From Octopus bimaculoides (Eukaryota): a stretch of 64,000 nt of DNA. Positions within the stretch are counted from its first letter, which is position 1. Each line of letters starts with the position of its first letter. The stretch lies in assembly GCF_001194135.2 (NCBI RefSeq), contig NC_068981.1, positions 40,209,633 through 40,273,632 on the forward strand, given 5' to 3'. Shown one piece after another: positions 10,786-23,699 of this stretch. Made by a program: the position numbers and the translations under genes. The notes beneath the pieces were generated by a model that saw nothing but the letters and a program-made list of their open reading frames with translations, was not told the DNA's origin and did no database searches.

Positions 10786-13700
10786 AGTGTGTGAGTAATT
10801 TGAATTATGCTGTTGTATATACAAAGCAACTATACTTTAACCAGCATAAAAAACACCTCTTACAAAATGCGTAAAAGCAGAGGCAAGCCTGGCTAATTAA
10901 GGCATCATTCAGTTGTCTTCCTCCTGATTTAAAATCCAATCAAAACTAGTTGCAGGGTGAAGGATGTCAGTGTTCGGGAGTGAGGACACTTATGGCACTC
11001 TCCACTTCATTTACGGGCAATATAGGTCAAGCGAAATTCTGCGCTCCCTCACCTGTGCTCCAGAATATCATTTTTCAGAATAATTATTCTTATTGTTGAA
11101 TAATTACTTATATTGTTGAAACTATTCTAGCTTTGATGACATTTATTGTTATTGCCATTTTGTGAATAATTACACAACACCAATGTCCCTTTGGGGAAAG
11201 ACACTAATCAAGATTGCTTAGTTTCAAGCACTTGAGAAGCTAATTCGAATCAGTTCTGTCTATAAAATAGAAGCTAATATTTTTTGGAAACTGAGGAAGG
11301 ATATTTCCGCGTCTTAAAAATGAAACCTTCATACATTTTGTCACGTTAAAGCGGTCATAAAATGTGATAATAACAGTTTGAGATGTCACTTTAATAGCAT
11401 TCAGTTTCTAAATACGGCTAAAGAAGCAAAACATTAGAGAGAAGTTTTGTGAAGAAAATAGTAATTTTCTGTGACTTCGGGAGTTGAATATGGTCGAATC
11501 GATAAAATTCCGGGTTTGCCAGTCGAAAGTAATATTCATGATAACAATGTAATGATTTCAAAGCCTATTATAGCAATGAATGCTTCTACATGTATCCACC
11601 ACAATAGCTTTTGGATACGGACAATAGAAAGCGCTTAATTCAACGCTTCATCGAGTCACAAGGTTTTCGTACCGCTCGTGTTACAACACTACGTTAGGAA
11701 CTGATGACTATTTGCATCTTTGATGATGCAGTGCATCAACAACAACATCCACAGATACATATACATATGAAGCAGCATTGCTTAGTAAGATATGACTGGA
11801 ATTCAAAGAGGTAGAGGCTGATCCGTCACTCTCCGAGACGGTGGCAGCAGTGGTCGTTGTGGTGGCAACGAGTGTACAGTCCCGCTATGCGACAGGATGA
11901 CATTGCATAGAAAGGAACCAAGTATTTCCAAAGACTGCGACGTGACTAGAGCTAAACGACTTGAGTACTGATTGGAACGCGTTACCTTGCCAGTATTTAG
12001 ACTTCTAGGCGTATTCTTGCAATACATTATAGACCGAGAACAGACACACTGATAAGACACGCATACAGGTACCGTGTCTGTTACAAATCTTGCAGCAGAG
12101 AAGCCTTTACATTTCATAATTCATTTTTTCTCACCAGTGCATAGCCAAGACAGTCCTCCAATACGCAGATCATTAATACGTATGTAAATATGCAGCACTA
12201 TATTGAATAGTATTATAGGCAGCAGAACATTTTGTCTTTTGTCAGGAGGGAATCACTACCCATGATATGTTGCAGAGCCTCTGAGTCTTGTGGGAGAAAT
12301 TAAGGAATGTATCATCAAACTGGAAACTTACTGCAAATGCTTACAATAGAATGAAATGCGTAAAATGCATTCAAAGTGACGGCTGATGGTATTGAACTAA
12401 GTCTACAATATAAGTAGGCCGTAACTGAACATATAATACAAAGCATTCGGTCCGACGTTCTTACATTTCCACCAAGTCACCGCCTTGGATTCGTATTTCT
12501 TTTTCTTTTTGATCGACCCGAAAAGATGGAAGGAAATGTTGACCACGGAGTGATTTGAACGCAAAAATCAAAGAACCTGAACAAATTCTTTGAAGCATTC
12601 TGTCCAACACTTTAATGACTACCAATTCGTGGACGAAAGGAATCGTTTAACTGCCAAGTGTTCTGTTATTTTGCAAGAGATGATTAGATGTCTAACATGG
12701 AATTTGATTAGGGTTTGTTTCTACTAAATAAATGAAGAATAGCCATGTTTTAAGACAAGACTTTCATATTCGATTTTTTTTAATGTTAATCCGCCATACA
12801 TATTTAGTTTCTAATCAACTTATGCACCAACAAATATACTTACTCAATATATATTTAATGAGTAATTTGGTCGCTACAGCGTTATAGCTAGAGATTACAT
12901 TTTGCTAATGATGCCAAATTAAGGCGAAAAGTGTACGGCATTGTCTACCATATTAATTCATTTATGTTCTTTTACTGGCTTCGGTCATTGTATTTCAGCC
13001 ATTTTAGCGTACTGTCTTTAATAGTATTAGTTGATAATATCGTCCTCGGAACGTCCTCTGGCACTCATTTTATTGTTTTCCCCTTAGGACTCAAAATTTT
13101 TATAATATTGTAGATTATTTTTCTTCAAAATTTGCGATTTAGTAACATTCCTTCGAAGTATGTTACGTATATATAGAAAAGATAACGATCTCAGTTAATC
13201 TTTTTATCGCGGGAGAAGTCTCTCAACATTTCGTGCACTATCATAAAGTTTGCTGAGTAAGAAAACGCTGGATTAATGTTCGTCATATAACCAGATTAAG
13301 TTGAGACTGGATAATACCAAAAATGTTATATCTGTTGAAAATATCAAAATTTTGGGCTCCTTCCTTCCTCAGTTGCTGCACATGTTAAGTATGCACGTAT
13401 GGATGGTATCTATCCATATGTTCAATGTGGGACTTCTATTGAGTTCATGTTTCAAATCCTTAAAGCTTTATTGCTTTGCTTTTCTAAAGATGCTTAATGA
13501 AATCGTCCTTCAAGTCCTAATGAAGATGCCCCTTGCTCCATATCAGATGCAAAAGTTTCAAGGTTTTAGAATTCAATTTCATACCACAATATTTGCAGAC
13601 GTAAGATTGTATGTTATTTGTTTTATCGCAGTATGGTTTCATTCAGTTTAGGTTTATTAACAAGTTGTACTATTTCTAGCCTTCTAGATGAAAAACATTA

Positions 13701-13982
13701 CCCAACATTTTGAAAGATATGCTAACACAAAAATACTCGACTGCCAACTGATGGTATGGAAAGAAGGAGTGGCAGATATATATTTCTGTCACATTTTTTG
13801 GTGATTATGTAATCAATTATATGCTAAGTCCTTGGACTGAAGATGCATCAAGGCTGTTTTATGTTTATTTGATTGCAGAAAAAGTGGTTTTGTGACTACA
13901 AAGATGAGTTCGTTAGAAAAAATTAACAGACACCAACCGTTAGTATTCATCCTATATAGTGTGCCTCCAATTCAGACCAGAC

Positions 13983-14167
13983 TCAAGAACTATAATCACT
14001 AAGTAGCAAGATATTGTCAATATATGTGGTAGAACGTAAGCTAATATTTAAAAAAAAATGTTCTTTTCTCATTCTATCCATGAGGTAACCGAAGCATAAC
14101 AACGTATTAAACCAATTGAATTCCACTTCCTCAGATCTAGCTTTAATGTGATCATGTTGCCAGTTGA
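13983..14167 (-). CDS. Putative (possibly terminal) exon of the minus-strand gene: NWQHDHIKARSEEVEFNWFNTLLCFGYLMDRMRKEHFFLNISLRSTTYIDNILLLSDYSS*
   Basis: Acceptor gtcatttcccctgcag; phase 1 start matches the upstream exon; 60 open codons to TGA. Confidence 0.55.
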
Positions 14168-14569
14168 CTGCAGGGGAAATGACGGTAACTGTTTGGCAAT
14201 GGTAGTTGTTAAGGAAACTTGTCACCAAATTTCATTTTCTTCCTTCTCTATCTAGTAAATTGTCTAAACTTATATTTTCTAGTTGATATACCTGGAAAAG
14301 CTAGTTTCACTAAGAACATTGATAGCAATGTCATATTTCCTTACGATTTGAGAGATTAGGGCCAGATCCTTCTGAATTCGCACGTTCCAAGATACAACAT
14401 TCAGCTGTTTCTTGGCAGCGTCCTTAAAAAAGATTTAAAGTATTTCGACAACCATCTTACAAGTAGGAGTGGGTGTATTCGTTTTAGGGCAGTTTTTACT
14501 ATCTTCTCAATCAAGAAACAACTTGTTGTATTTAAAACTACCTGCTTTATCCCCAGCATAGGACACAGG

Positions 14570-14720
14570 TTGGATGGTTGGATGGATGGATGGATGGATG
14601 GATGGATGGATGGATGGATNNNNNNNNNNNNNNNNNNNNNNNNNNNNNNNNNNNNNNNNNNNNNNNNNNNNNNNNNNNNNNNNNNNNNNACGGACGGACA
14701 GACAGACAGACAGACAGACG

Positions 14721-14814
<94 letters not shown>

Positions 14815-14850
14815 CAGACGACAGACAGACAGACGACAGACAGATAGGTA
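14570..14850. repeat. Compound tetranucleotide microsatellite (GGAT, CAGA, TAGA) with gap
   Basis: Direct reading. Confidence 0.95.
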
Positions 14851-15714
14851 CTCATGAGTTTCTCATCCAGGAAGTGTCATCACCGAAAGGTCTTCATTAT
14901 GCAGATTTCCAGTACGGAACTTCAGTAATATCCTTTCCTGTTCCCAGTCGCAGTTTCCTCACCGCCACTGGTCTTGCATTCAAAACAAAATATATCTATA
15001 AGTATGAATTGAACTAATAAATAGCACACATAATGATTTGATTATAGTGATGATTATAGAAATGAAGGCATCCATATTTTGAGGGGTTTCCTGATTAGAC
15101 CAAGTTGGTGCAGGGTGTGTCACAAACTCGAACGATGATAAACATTAGAAATTTGTTTGTAACCTCGAGTAGTTTTGTGTCCTCGCTCACTATTAGCAGT
15201 TATCAGATTATACAATGCGAGATTTATCCATCCTGTTGACGAGTGTTGTTTTATGTCTTGCTGAGTTTCTAACAATCTCTATACCAAACTATCCAGGAGA
15301 GATACCGGTTCAGACGCCAAGATCTAGATCATGTGACATTGCACGATACCAGCAGCACTGCATTGCACGATACTAGTAGCACTAAGGTGTCGTAATAACA
15401 GATCAATTACACACACACACACATATCAATATATATTACTGGCTTTTCTATGATGTAATTGAAATATTATTGACAAATATATTAATGTTTTCTTTCTTAT
15501 TCTGCATATGATTCACTTATTAATTATGTTAGTTTTATTTCCTGCTATCTACAGTTAGTATGTCCACGATAATAAATAAATAAATAAATAAATAAATAGA
15601 ACAAATCTCTTTCCTAGTCATATAGACTCAGAGTAATGGCTTTCCTGTTTCTGTGGCGTATATATACCCTGCTCCCTGGATAGAAAGCCAGTCCGTCGTA
15701 GGAATAATTATTTT

Positions 15715-15852
15715 TGGCAGCTGAGTGGACCAGAACAACGTTAAATGAAATGTTTTGCTTACGAACACAATGTATCACCCGATCCAGGAATCGAAACCAC
15801 AATCTTACGATCATAATCCAATATCCCTAACCACTAAGCTACGCGCCTCCAC
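15715..15852 (-). mobile_element. tRNA-derived SINE (family C)
   Basis: Reverse complement has GTAGCTTAGTGGTTAGGG A box and GGTTTCGATTCC B box; related to 54440-54603. Confidence 0.75.
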
Positions 15853-16026
15853 GTAGTCCATCAAGCCAATCTTAAACTGAAACTCTTAAATTCTATTCCT
15901 CTTATTCTGAAAGATAGGGACTTTGTACGAGAACAAACAAAGAAACCGGTATTGTAATACTCATGTTTGGTAAACGTATCAGAAACGGTAGTGTGCCAGA
16001 TTTATCAATATTTGATTTTTTACTAC

Positions 16027-16142
16027 CAAATTCAAAACTCGTTAGTGTCCACTTTAGTTTCTTCCCTGCAGGTTCAATAAAGTTAGTATCAATAACATCA
16101 TTCAATCGACTAAATACTTCCTCTACAAAATTTGGTCTGTGT
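16027..16142 (-). CDS. Putative exon: HRPNFVEEVFSRLNDVIDTNFIEPAGKKLKWTLTSFEF
   Basis: Acceptor gatttcttttgtctag; phase 2 to 1. Donor uncertain: G|gtagta at 16027 or A|gtatta at 15961 (both phase 1). The frame stays open to 15902. Confidence 0.65.
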
Positions 16143-17043
16143 CTAGACAAAAGAAATCAATAATATGACGCACAATATAGTAAAACTCAGAGATGTATGT
16201 AAGTCAATTAACTATTACGAAAACAAATGTTTGTAAATATAAACAATATTCTTCTTGAGATAAACAATATGTAGAAATTATTCTTATTGAATTAATGACC
16301 AGTAGATTATTAACAGACTCATCGCGTGTGTTGTACTTCAAACATACGAGAATGCTTTAATTGTTTGAATAGACAGAAACAATTTCTCGCGTTTCTAAAT
16401 AGTTTATGATTTATTAATATCATCAAGTCTTCAGATAAACATTTCACTCTGTGAACTAAGTTATATATTCAGTCCATTACATGTTAAGATAGCCGATCAT
16501 TTATAAATAGAATTTATTGTAACTGCACCTGTTCTGTTTTCCCCGCATTGCCATGTGATTACAAAGCCATTATGGCTAAAGAAAGTATGGAACGTATTTG
16601 AGAATTGTTCGCTTTTACATTAAAAACATTTTGAAATATTCGTTCAGAGTAAATATCTTTAGTGCAGAGAATCTGGATCTTGCAATTTCACTGCCTTTAA
16701 CTTGAAGAGTTACTCTTTTGTATATTGTTTGATGTTTTACTTCTCCAGGTGTTTAGTTATAAACTTTCTGAAAAGGGAAAACTAGAAAAAAATGATAATA
16801 AATAATACTCTGTGAGACAGTGATGAAATATAAAATGATAAAGAACAGGACAAAACGCTTTCGGTACATTTTCCTTTTTGCAATTTATTTCCGTTTAATC
16901 TAGGCCGATCTCACTTTTCATTCAAGGAAATAAACTGTATCAGGCTACCCAAACTATATACGAACTTGCGTCAAAGTTAATAGATAAATACATCAACAAC
17001 TACGTGGACTATATTTTTAACTGATTGTAACATGCACCATCTA

Positions 17044-17083
<40 letters not shown>

Positions 17084-17778
17084 TTATGAGCGATAGAGGT
17101 GTTAATTAGACCCAGAGGTTTCAGGTAATGCTGAGTAAGTGCTATGGATAGACCATAGTTAAGCTCCAGGTTCGGTGATTATACGAATAAGGGGTCCAAC
17201 TTAGGTCATATATCAGCGTGTGAATATAAGGATTTACTTTTCGTAATGAGATAAAAAAAATCAAGGTTGTGTACATTATAGAACATTTATAAATAGAAGG
17301 TCTTACAGCTGTTTCCAGGATATTTATTATATCCCTTCATCGGAGACGGTGTGAGAGGATGGTTAAGCAATAGTTAATTTAGATAAGATAGGAAATAGAG
17401 AGTGAATGCAGGGATATTGTATTTGTAAATCCATTGTTTAGGCAGAATGGTATACATATAAGATTCCAATACCTTGTGAGTAAAATCCAATAGTCCTTAA
17501 GATTGGACATTGCATTTGTAAATTCTTTATTAAGATTCCAATACCCTATGAGTAAAAGCCAACAGTCTTCGAAACTGGTCATTCCAAATACAGAGTTTAT
17601 ACATAGTGTTATTGAATCAAGGGTTCTGTTTAAAGTGACCTAAAAGTAGAGAGAGGGAGATAAGCTAAATAGTATGACTGCTCACTCATACGATTATCGA
17701 ACCAGGAGTCTAACTACGGTCCTTCTGTAGCACTTACATAGCCTTACCTGCTATTTGGGAATCTTCTGGATACCAACA

Positions 17779-17784
<6 letters not shown>

Positions 17785-17809
<25 letters not shown>

Positions 17810-17810
17810 C

Positions 17811-17882
<72 letters not shown>
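17785..17882. repeat. (TA)n(GA)n microsatellite
   Basis: Direct reading. Confidence 0.95.
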
Positions 17883-17888
<6 letters not shown>

Positions 17889-18235
17889 CGAAGATAATTT
17901 TATAATTTCGTGAAAGCGAAGAATAGAAATAGGACTGCAGATGGAAGTGTTCAGGTAACACTGAGACGGAAGGAAAAATAAATTGAAAGCTTTAATGAAT
18001 AAACGCATCAATTGGTCAAAACAACTTTATAACATTCCCATATTACCATAAACCGAACATAAATATATATTAAAAGACAATAGTATAAAATATACACATA
18101 TATACGAATACAAGAAAACACACGAGTACCTCTTGTATTCGTATATATCTGTAAATTTTATACTATTGGGTTTTATCATTAGATGCCCTGATGTTTTTAA
18201 TATATATTTATGTTCAGTTTATGGTAATAAACTCT

Positions 18236-18647
18236 TTACTCTTTTACTTGTTTCAGTCATTTGACTGCGGCCATACTGGAGCACCGCCTTTAGTCGAGCA
18301 AATCAACCCCGGGACTTATTCTTTGTAAGCCTAGTAATTATTCTATCGGGCTCTTTTTGCCGAACCTCTAAGTGACGGGGACATAAACACACCAGCATCA
18401 GTTGTCAAGCGATGTTGGGGAGACAAACACAGACACACAACCACACACACACACACACATATATGTATATACATATATACGACGGGCTTCTTTCAGTTTC
18501 CGTCTATTTGGGAATCTTCTGGATACCAACAAGGCTTTGATCGGCCCGAGGCTATAGTAGAAGACACTTGCCCAAGATGCCACGCAGTGGGACTGAACCC
18601 GGAACCATGTGGTTGGTAGGCAAGCTACGTACCACACAGCCACTCCT
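18236..18647 (-). mobile_element. tRNA-derived SINE (family B) with internal (CA)n
   Basis: Reverse complement has GGCTGTGTGGTA head, GGTTCAGTCCC B box, CAAGTGTCTT body and ATGACTGAAACAAGTAAAAGA tail. Confidence 0.9.
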
Positions 18648-18695
18648 AATATGGGAATGTTATAAAGTTTATTCATTATACCTTTCAATTTAAAT

Positions 18696-18733
<38 letters not shown>

Positions 18734-18820
18734 CGATAGATAGATAGACAGACAGACAGACAGAGAAACTAAAAGAGATAAATATGTATGAAAGCGAGCA
18801 CACACACACACACACATACA

Positions 18821-18857
<37 letters not shown>

Positions 18858-19059
18858 AATACACACCCTATGAAGGAAATCGACCTTGAAATGAAATTGA
18901 GTAAACGCAAACTTTATCGTAACCGCTCGGGTAGATTCTACCTGTAATTCAAAAGTACTGCCTTGGTACAAGCACTGTGTCATGCTGATTCCGTCTAAGA
19001 ATTACGTTAAGGTTAAACATGTCCGTGGAGTATTCAGCCACTTACAAGTTAATTCAATG

Positions 19060-19291
19060 AGTAGGTAATTCAGTTCGTAGAATCACATGGTTCTAAGTTC
19101 AATCCCAGTACGTGGCACACGGCGCAAGTGTCTTCAATTATAGGCCCCGGCTAACTAAAGCCTCATAAGCGATTTTGATAAACGGAAACTAAAAGAAGTC
19201 CGATATATATATGTGTATGTATATATAAATATGTGTGCATATATGTGTGTGTGTGAATGTGTGTGTATATATATGTGTATGTGTATGTATG

Positions 19292-19330
<39 letters not shown>

Positions 19331-19580
19331 NNNNNNNNNNNNNNTATATATATCTTTGTGTGTGACTTTGTGTTTATGTTTGTCCCCAACCACTGCTTGA
19401 CAACTGGTGTTAGTTTCTTTATATCTCCATAACATGGCGGTTCGGCAGTAGGGACCGATAGATTAAGTACCAGGCTTTAAAATGATATATACAGAGTCGA
19501 TTCGTTGTACTAAAAATTTCTTCAATGTATGCCACAGCATGGCCGTAGTCCAATGACTGAAACAAGTAAGAATTAAAAGA
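19060..19580 (+). mobile_element. tRNA-derived SINE (family B), inverted relative to 18236-18647
   Basis: AAGTTCAATCCC B box, CAAGTGTCTT, internal (TG/TA)n and AATGACTGAAACAAGTAAGA tail. Confidence 0.8.
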
Positions 19581-20180
19581 TACAAAAGAATCTGAATTCA
19601 ACACTACAAGAGCTTACGCAACATGTACCAAATCATACGGCGATTCCGTTGATGACAGCATTCAATTGTTTCAACATAATTCACGTTAGATGTTCGATTA
19701 TTTATAGCTCAGTGAAATAACCATAAGAGGGTGTACTGTCTTACCCAGTAGCTACAACATACTGTTGGTGATTGGATACGAACAATAGATATTTCAGTTA
19801 ATATCACACTACTCTAAACCCAACCAAGCAACAGTTAATTGATATAATATATAAGAATCGAGTGACTTAGGAAACATTGCTTCTGATGAAAATATTCTAA
19901 AACAATGGTCCAGTCGTGGATAAATAATCTACCTGTTTCAAAATGCCAATAGTCTTATATCCTTCTAAAATATTTAGTCAAAGAATCCTTATTCAATTGT
20001 ATTTATGTTAATTGTAAAGCAGTGATAAACTCAAACCATGCTTACTTTAACACCACCATCTGGCCTCTGTGTGAACTCAGAGGAATTCACTCTGTTGTTG
20101 TAAGTATTTAGGTCAGGGTTCCGATCCGATATAACATCCTCCTGATAATCACATAAAGAGACTTACACACACACACACAC

Positions 20181-20237
<57 letters not shown>

Positions 20238-20644
20238 CACACACAAAAAAAACACTATGTGTGTGTACATTTATGTATGCATGTGTGTATGGTGGGGTAT
20301 GTGAACAAAATGACCGAAGAGAAATAGTTCCGAGTGACAAGTGAAGAACATATGGAGGTATAGCAAATTCTATACAACAAAAAATTCTTGTTAATTTAAA
20401 TTATCTTCGCCTCTAGAGGTCATATCAAAAATACCAACTGGTGATTGAGACCAACTTCATGTGAGAAGGGGAAACAATCTCAAGAATAAAGGATTCCTCA
20501 AATTTGACATGCTACTGAGGAAAAGGACATGTTAATTGTCTGGAGATAAGTGAAGATAATGGTTTACACGCGTTTCTGCCCCAATATACGTCATTAGTAT
20601 GACAACTTTCTTAGCTTAACTCGAGCAACCAAGGGACATAGATA

Positions 20645-21037
20645 CAGTAATACCTGGAGATACGAGTTAATTTGTTTTTGGAGACCACTCGTAAAGCAGA
20701 ACAATGATTTTCCGTAGTAGCAATGCTAAATTCGTAATTCATTCCCAGAAAAATATTTTACCTATAAAATTTATAATACTCGTAAATAATTGACAATAAA
20801 ACAGCAGCAGGGTGTGAAGAATAGTTTAGGTATAGTAAAATTAATGCCTAGAGTTGTTGTTTGCTTAGAAGAAGCTTTTTTCCGCTATCTATAAATTTCT
20901 CGGTAACACGCAGAAACATTCGTTATGGTAGTAGAAACTTCTGCACTTCGTTCAAAATTTGGGTCTTGTGCTTGAAAAATAAAACTCGTAAACCCGGGGT
21001 CTCGTAAAGCGGATCCTCGTAAAGTGAGGTACTACTG
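20645..21037. mobile_element. Tigger/pogo-like MITE
   Basis: Imperfect TIRs CAGTAATACCT..TACGAG / CTCGTA..AGGTACTACTG; TA target duplications at 20643-20644 and 21038-21039. Confidence 0.85.
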
Positions 21038-21069
21038 TATATGCAAGAAGTGTTGAACGCATTTGTGAC

Positions 21070-21240
21070 CTAGGTAATTTGCATGATTAAACAAAACGAG
21101 CCCAGAGAAATAACTGTCTTCAAGCAATAAGCCTGTCCTTTCCTTTAATCTCATGTCATCTTTGAACAATCCTTGATTCTCTTCTTTGAAATCATTATAT
21201 TCTAGTTCTTGTACATTGTACAATGCCATAAGCGCCCCCA
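21070..21240 (-). CDS. Putative exon: GALMALYNVQELEYNDFKEENQGLFKDDMRLKERTGLLLEDSYFSGLVLFNHANYL
   Basis: Very strong acceptor ctttcttcctttcttctctcag; 56 open codons, phase 1 start; donor G|gtcaca is weak. Confidence 0.72.
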
Positions 21241-21714
21241 CTGAGAGAAGAAAGGAAGAAAGGGTGTATGCCAAACTTTCCAGAATATATATATATATAT
21301 ATATATAAGATTTGAGATTTATACAAATCAAATTTTTATATATAAAAGATGTAGGTGGATATAGCACAGAAGTCTAAGACATTTTAATTTAAGAAGGCAA
21401 TTTTATTAAGTTCCTTCTTAAATTGAAATGTCTTAGACTTACTTCTGTGCTATATCCACCTCTATCTTTTATGTGTGAGTGTGTGTGTGTGAGTGTGTGT
21501 GTGTGAGTGTGTGTGTGTGCGTGTACCCGAAGAAAATAAGGAGAAAAAGAAAAAAAAACAAAGAAAATTCTGTAACACATCCATACCATGTCCATTTGCA
21601 ACGCCAGTTTACGCGAAAATTGTAAACGAAAAATCACGTAATATTTGCGGTTTGAAGCACTGGAGAGGCACTTCCTCAGACTTGCATCAAAGGTGTTCCG
21701 GCTTNNNNNNNNNN

Positions 21715-21757
<43 letters not shown>

Positions 21758-22728
21758 AAGATAACTGTTTTCGTGTGATTTTCAACGACTAATATGTATC
21801 TTCCATGTTAAAACGACTATAGTTTCAACACACGGTCTCAGATCAGATTACTTGCCAGACTATTTCAAATTCGAAATAATGATAACACTTTCCAGAACAG
21901 ATACAATGTCAGCAATTTTGAAAGGAGAATATTAGCTGATATCATAGACTCCAGTGCAAGATTGGGTCTGTATTTAATCGATCCCTAATGAATGAAAGAC
22001 AAAGGTGGCCTTACGGGATTTGAACACAGAACTAAAAAAACAAAAATAAGTACCGCGAAACATTTCTTGCTGACCCCTAAATACATTTTGCAAGCAAAGT
22101 GCTTTGTTTGCAAAGCATCGAATTACCGACCTAAAAGTCGGCATTTCTTATAAAGTTGATGGAAATGCGATATGCATACTACCTTACATATGTTACTAAA
22201 TTCAAATGTATATGCATTCTACATACACAGAAACGTATAACTGGCCAATGTTTCGGATTCTATAAAAGTGAGTTCAATCCTAGTCTGAGTATCTCCCTGA
22301 GAGAAAAAAAAAAAATCTATTTTATTATTTTTTATGTTTACACATACACATTCTCACATAATCACACACACACACACACACACATTTATATATTGGTGTG
22401 CGTGTTTGTGTATCTGCGTGTGTATTTCTACGTGTGTGTGAACGCTCATAAGGACGGTGCGTATATCTAGTTTCTATACTGAAGTGGATGGGAGATTCCA
22501 TTCTTGATAGGTGACTGATCTGTCACTGGTACCTTTTCCTAAAGGAGGAATATAATATTCCGCTGCAATACCTCAAAATCACTTCCGTTTCAAAGTACTG
22601 CCACTACCTATAATCCTTGACTCATGATAAACATATAGAGTTAGTCTTGAGTATGCAGAACGCAAGTAGTGTCTTTGCAACAAAATAGGTTATTTTATAC
22701 TGCGCACACACACACACACTCACACGCA

Positions 22729-22774
<46 letters not shown>

Positions 22775-23699
22775 TACACACACACGTAGAAATACACACG
22801 CAGATACACAAACACGCACACCAATATATAAATGTGTGTGTGTGTGTATGTGATTATGTGAGAATGTGTATGTGTAAACATAAAAAAATAATAAAATAGT
22901 TTAACAATGATAAAGTGGAACAAGTCTAACGTTTGAGACAGTACCCTTCGTATAAACACTTTTGAACTGTTTATACTCACTAATTGCTGATACAGACCCC
23001 CACCAGTTTCCCAGGGTGCTACTGTTTACGTCATACATACATGCATACAAACATACACATATACTATATATACCGTTAACATATTTTCTTCTGTGTTGCT
23101 ATTAAATATTATGTCTTTTATCACTGGAGTACTTCATGTCTATAAAATATCAATCGTAGCCATGTTGTTATTGTCTGAAACAGTGATTTTTTGCTTTTTC
23201 TTCTCATGACGTTTTATGTCAATGTTTATTCTTAAAACCCTTACTTATAAGCTAACATAATTCGTTGTTTTCAAAATTGCTGTTTTCTTCCTTTCAATAA
23301 TATTTCCAATATTATTGTTACACATTTATACATACAAAGCAAATAAATCAGTTGACATATTACTGAACATTCTAAAATATTTTGCTATGGTGTCATAACT
23401 AATTAGACCATATTGTGTATTTTAAACAGACAAGTACAGTAAATTAGATTGAAATAGGATGAGAAATAATTGTTTACAACATAAACGACCATAAAAGGGT
23501 CGGGAAGACAGAAAATAAGAGAGAAGTAAAGAAAAATGCAAGAAAGAATTTCGTGAGCTGACTTTGTGGTGTGATTCCTGTTTCCAGGTGTAGCAGTTCA
23601 CATCACTTATACTGCTAATACTCTTAGGAAACGCTGTCCACAGATTATTCCAAATATTAGCGTATGTTTAATGAAACCAGACAGGTCCTACATTTTAAT

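Noticed and set aside
13260-13651. 116-aa plus ORF; minus-strand YVCKYCG zinc-finger-like and hAT-like words
   Set aside because: No consistent frame or splice context and several stops; it cannot be assigned.
14860-14990. Coding-like WEQERILLKFRTGNL on the minus strand
   Set aside because: Poor acceptor and phase conflict with the 14167 exon; may be a LINE tail relic.
15902-21240. Resemblance of exons to class C GPCR/ANF-receptor or Cys-loop receptor motifs
   Set aside because: Key cysteines and spacing are missing; similarity is too weak to name a family.
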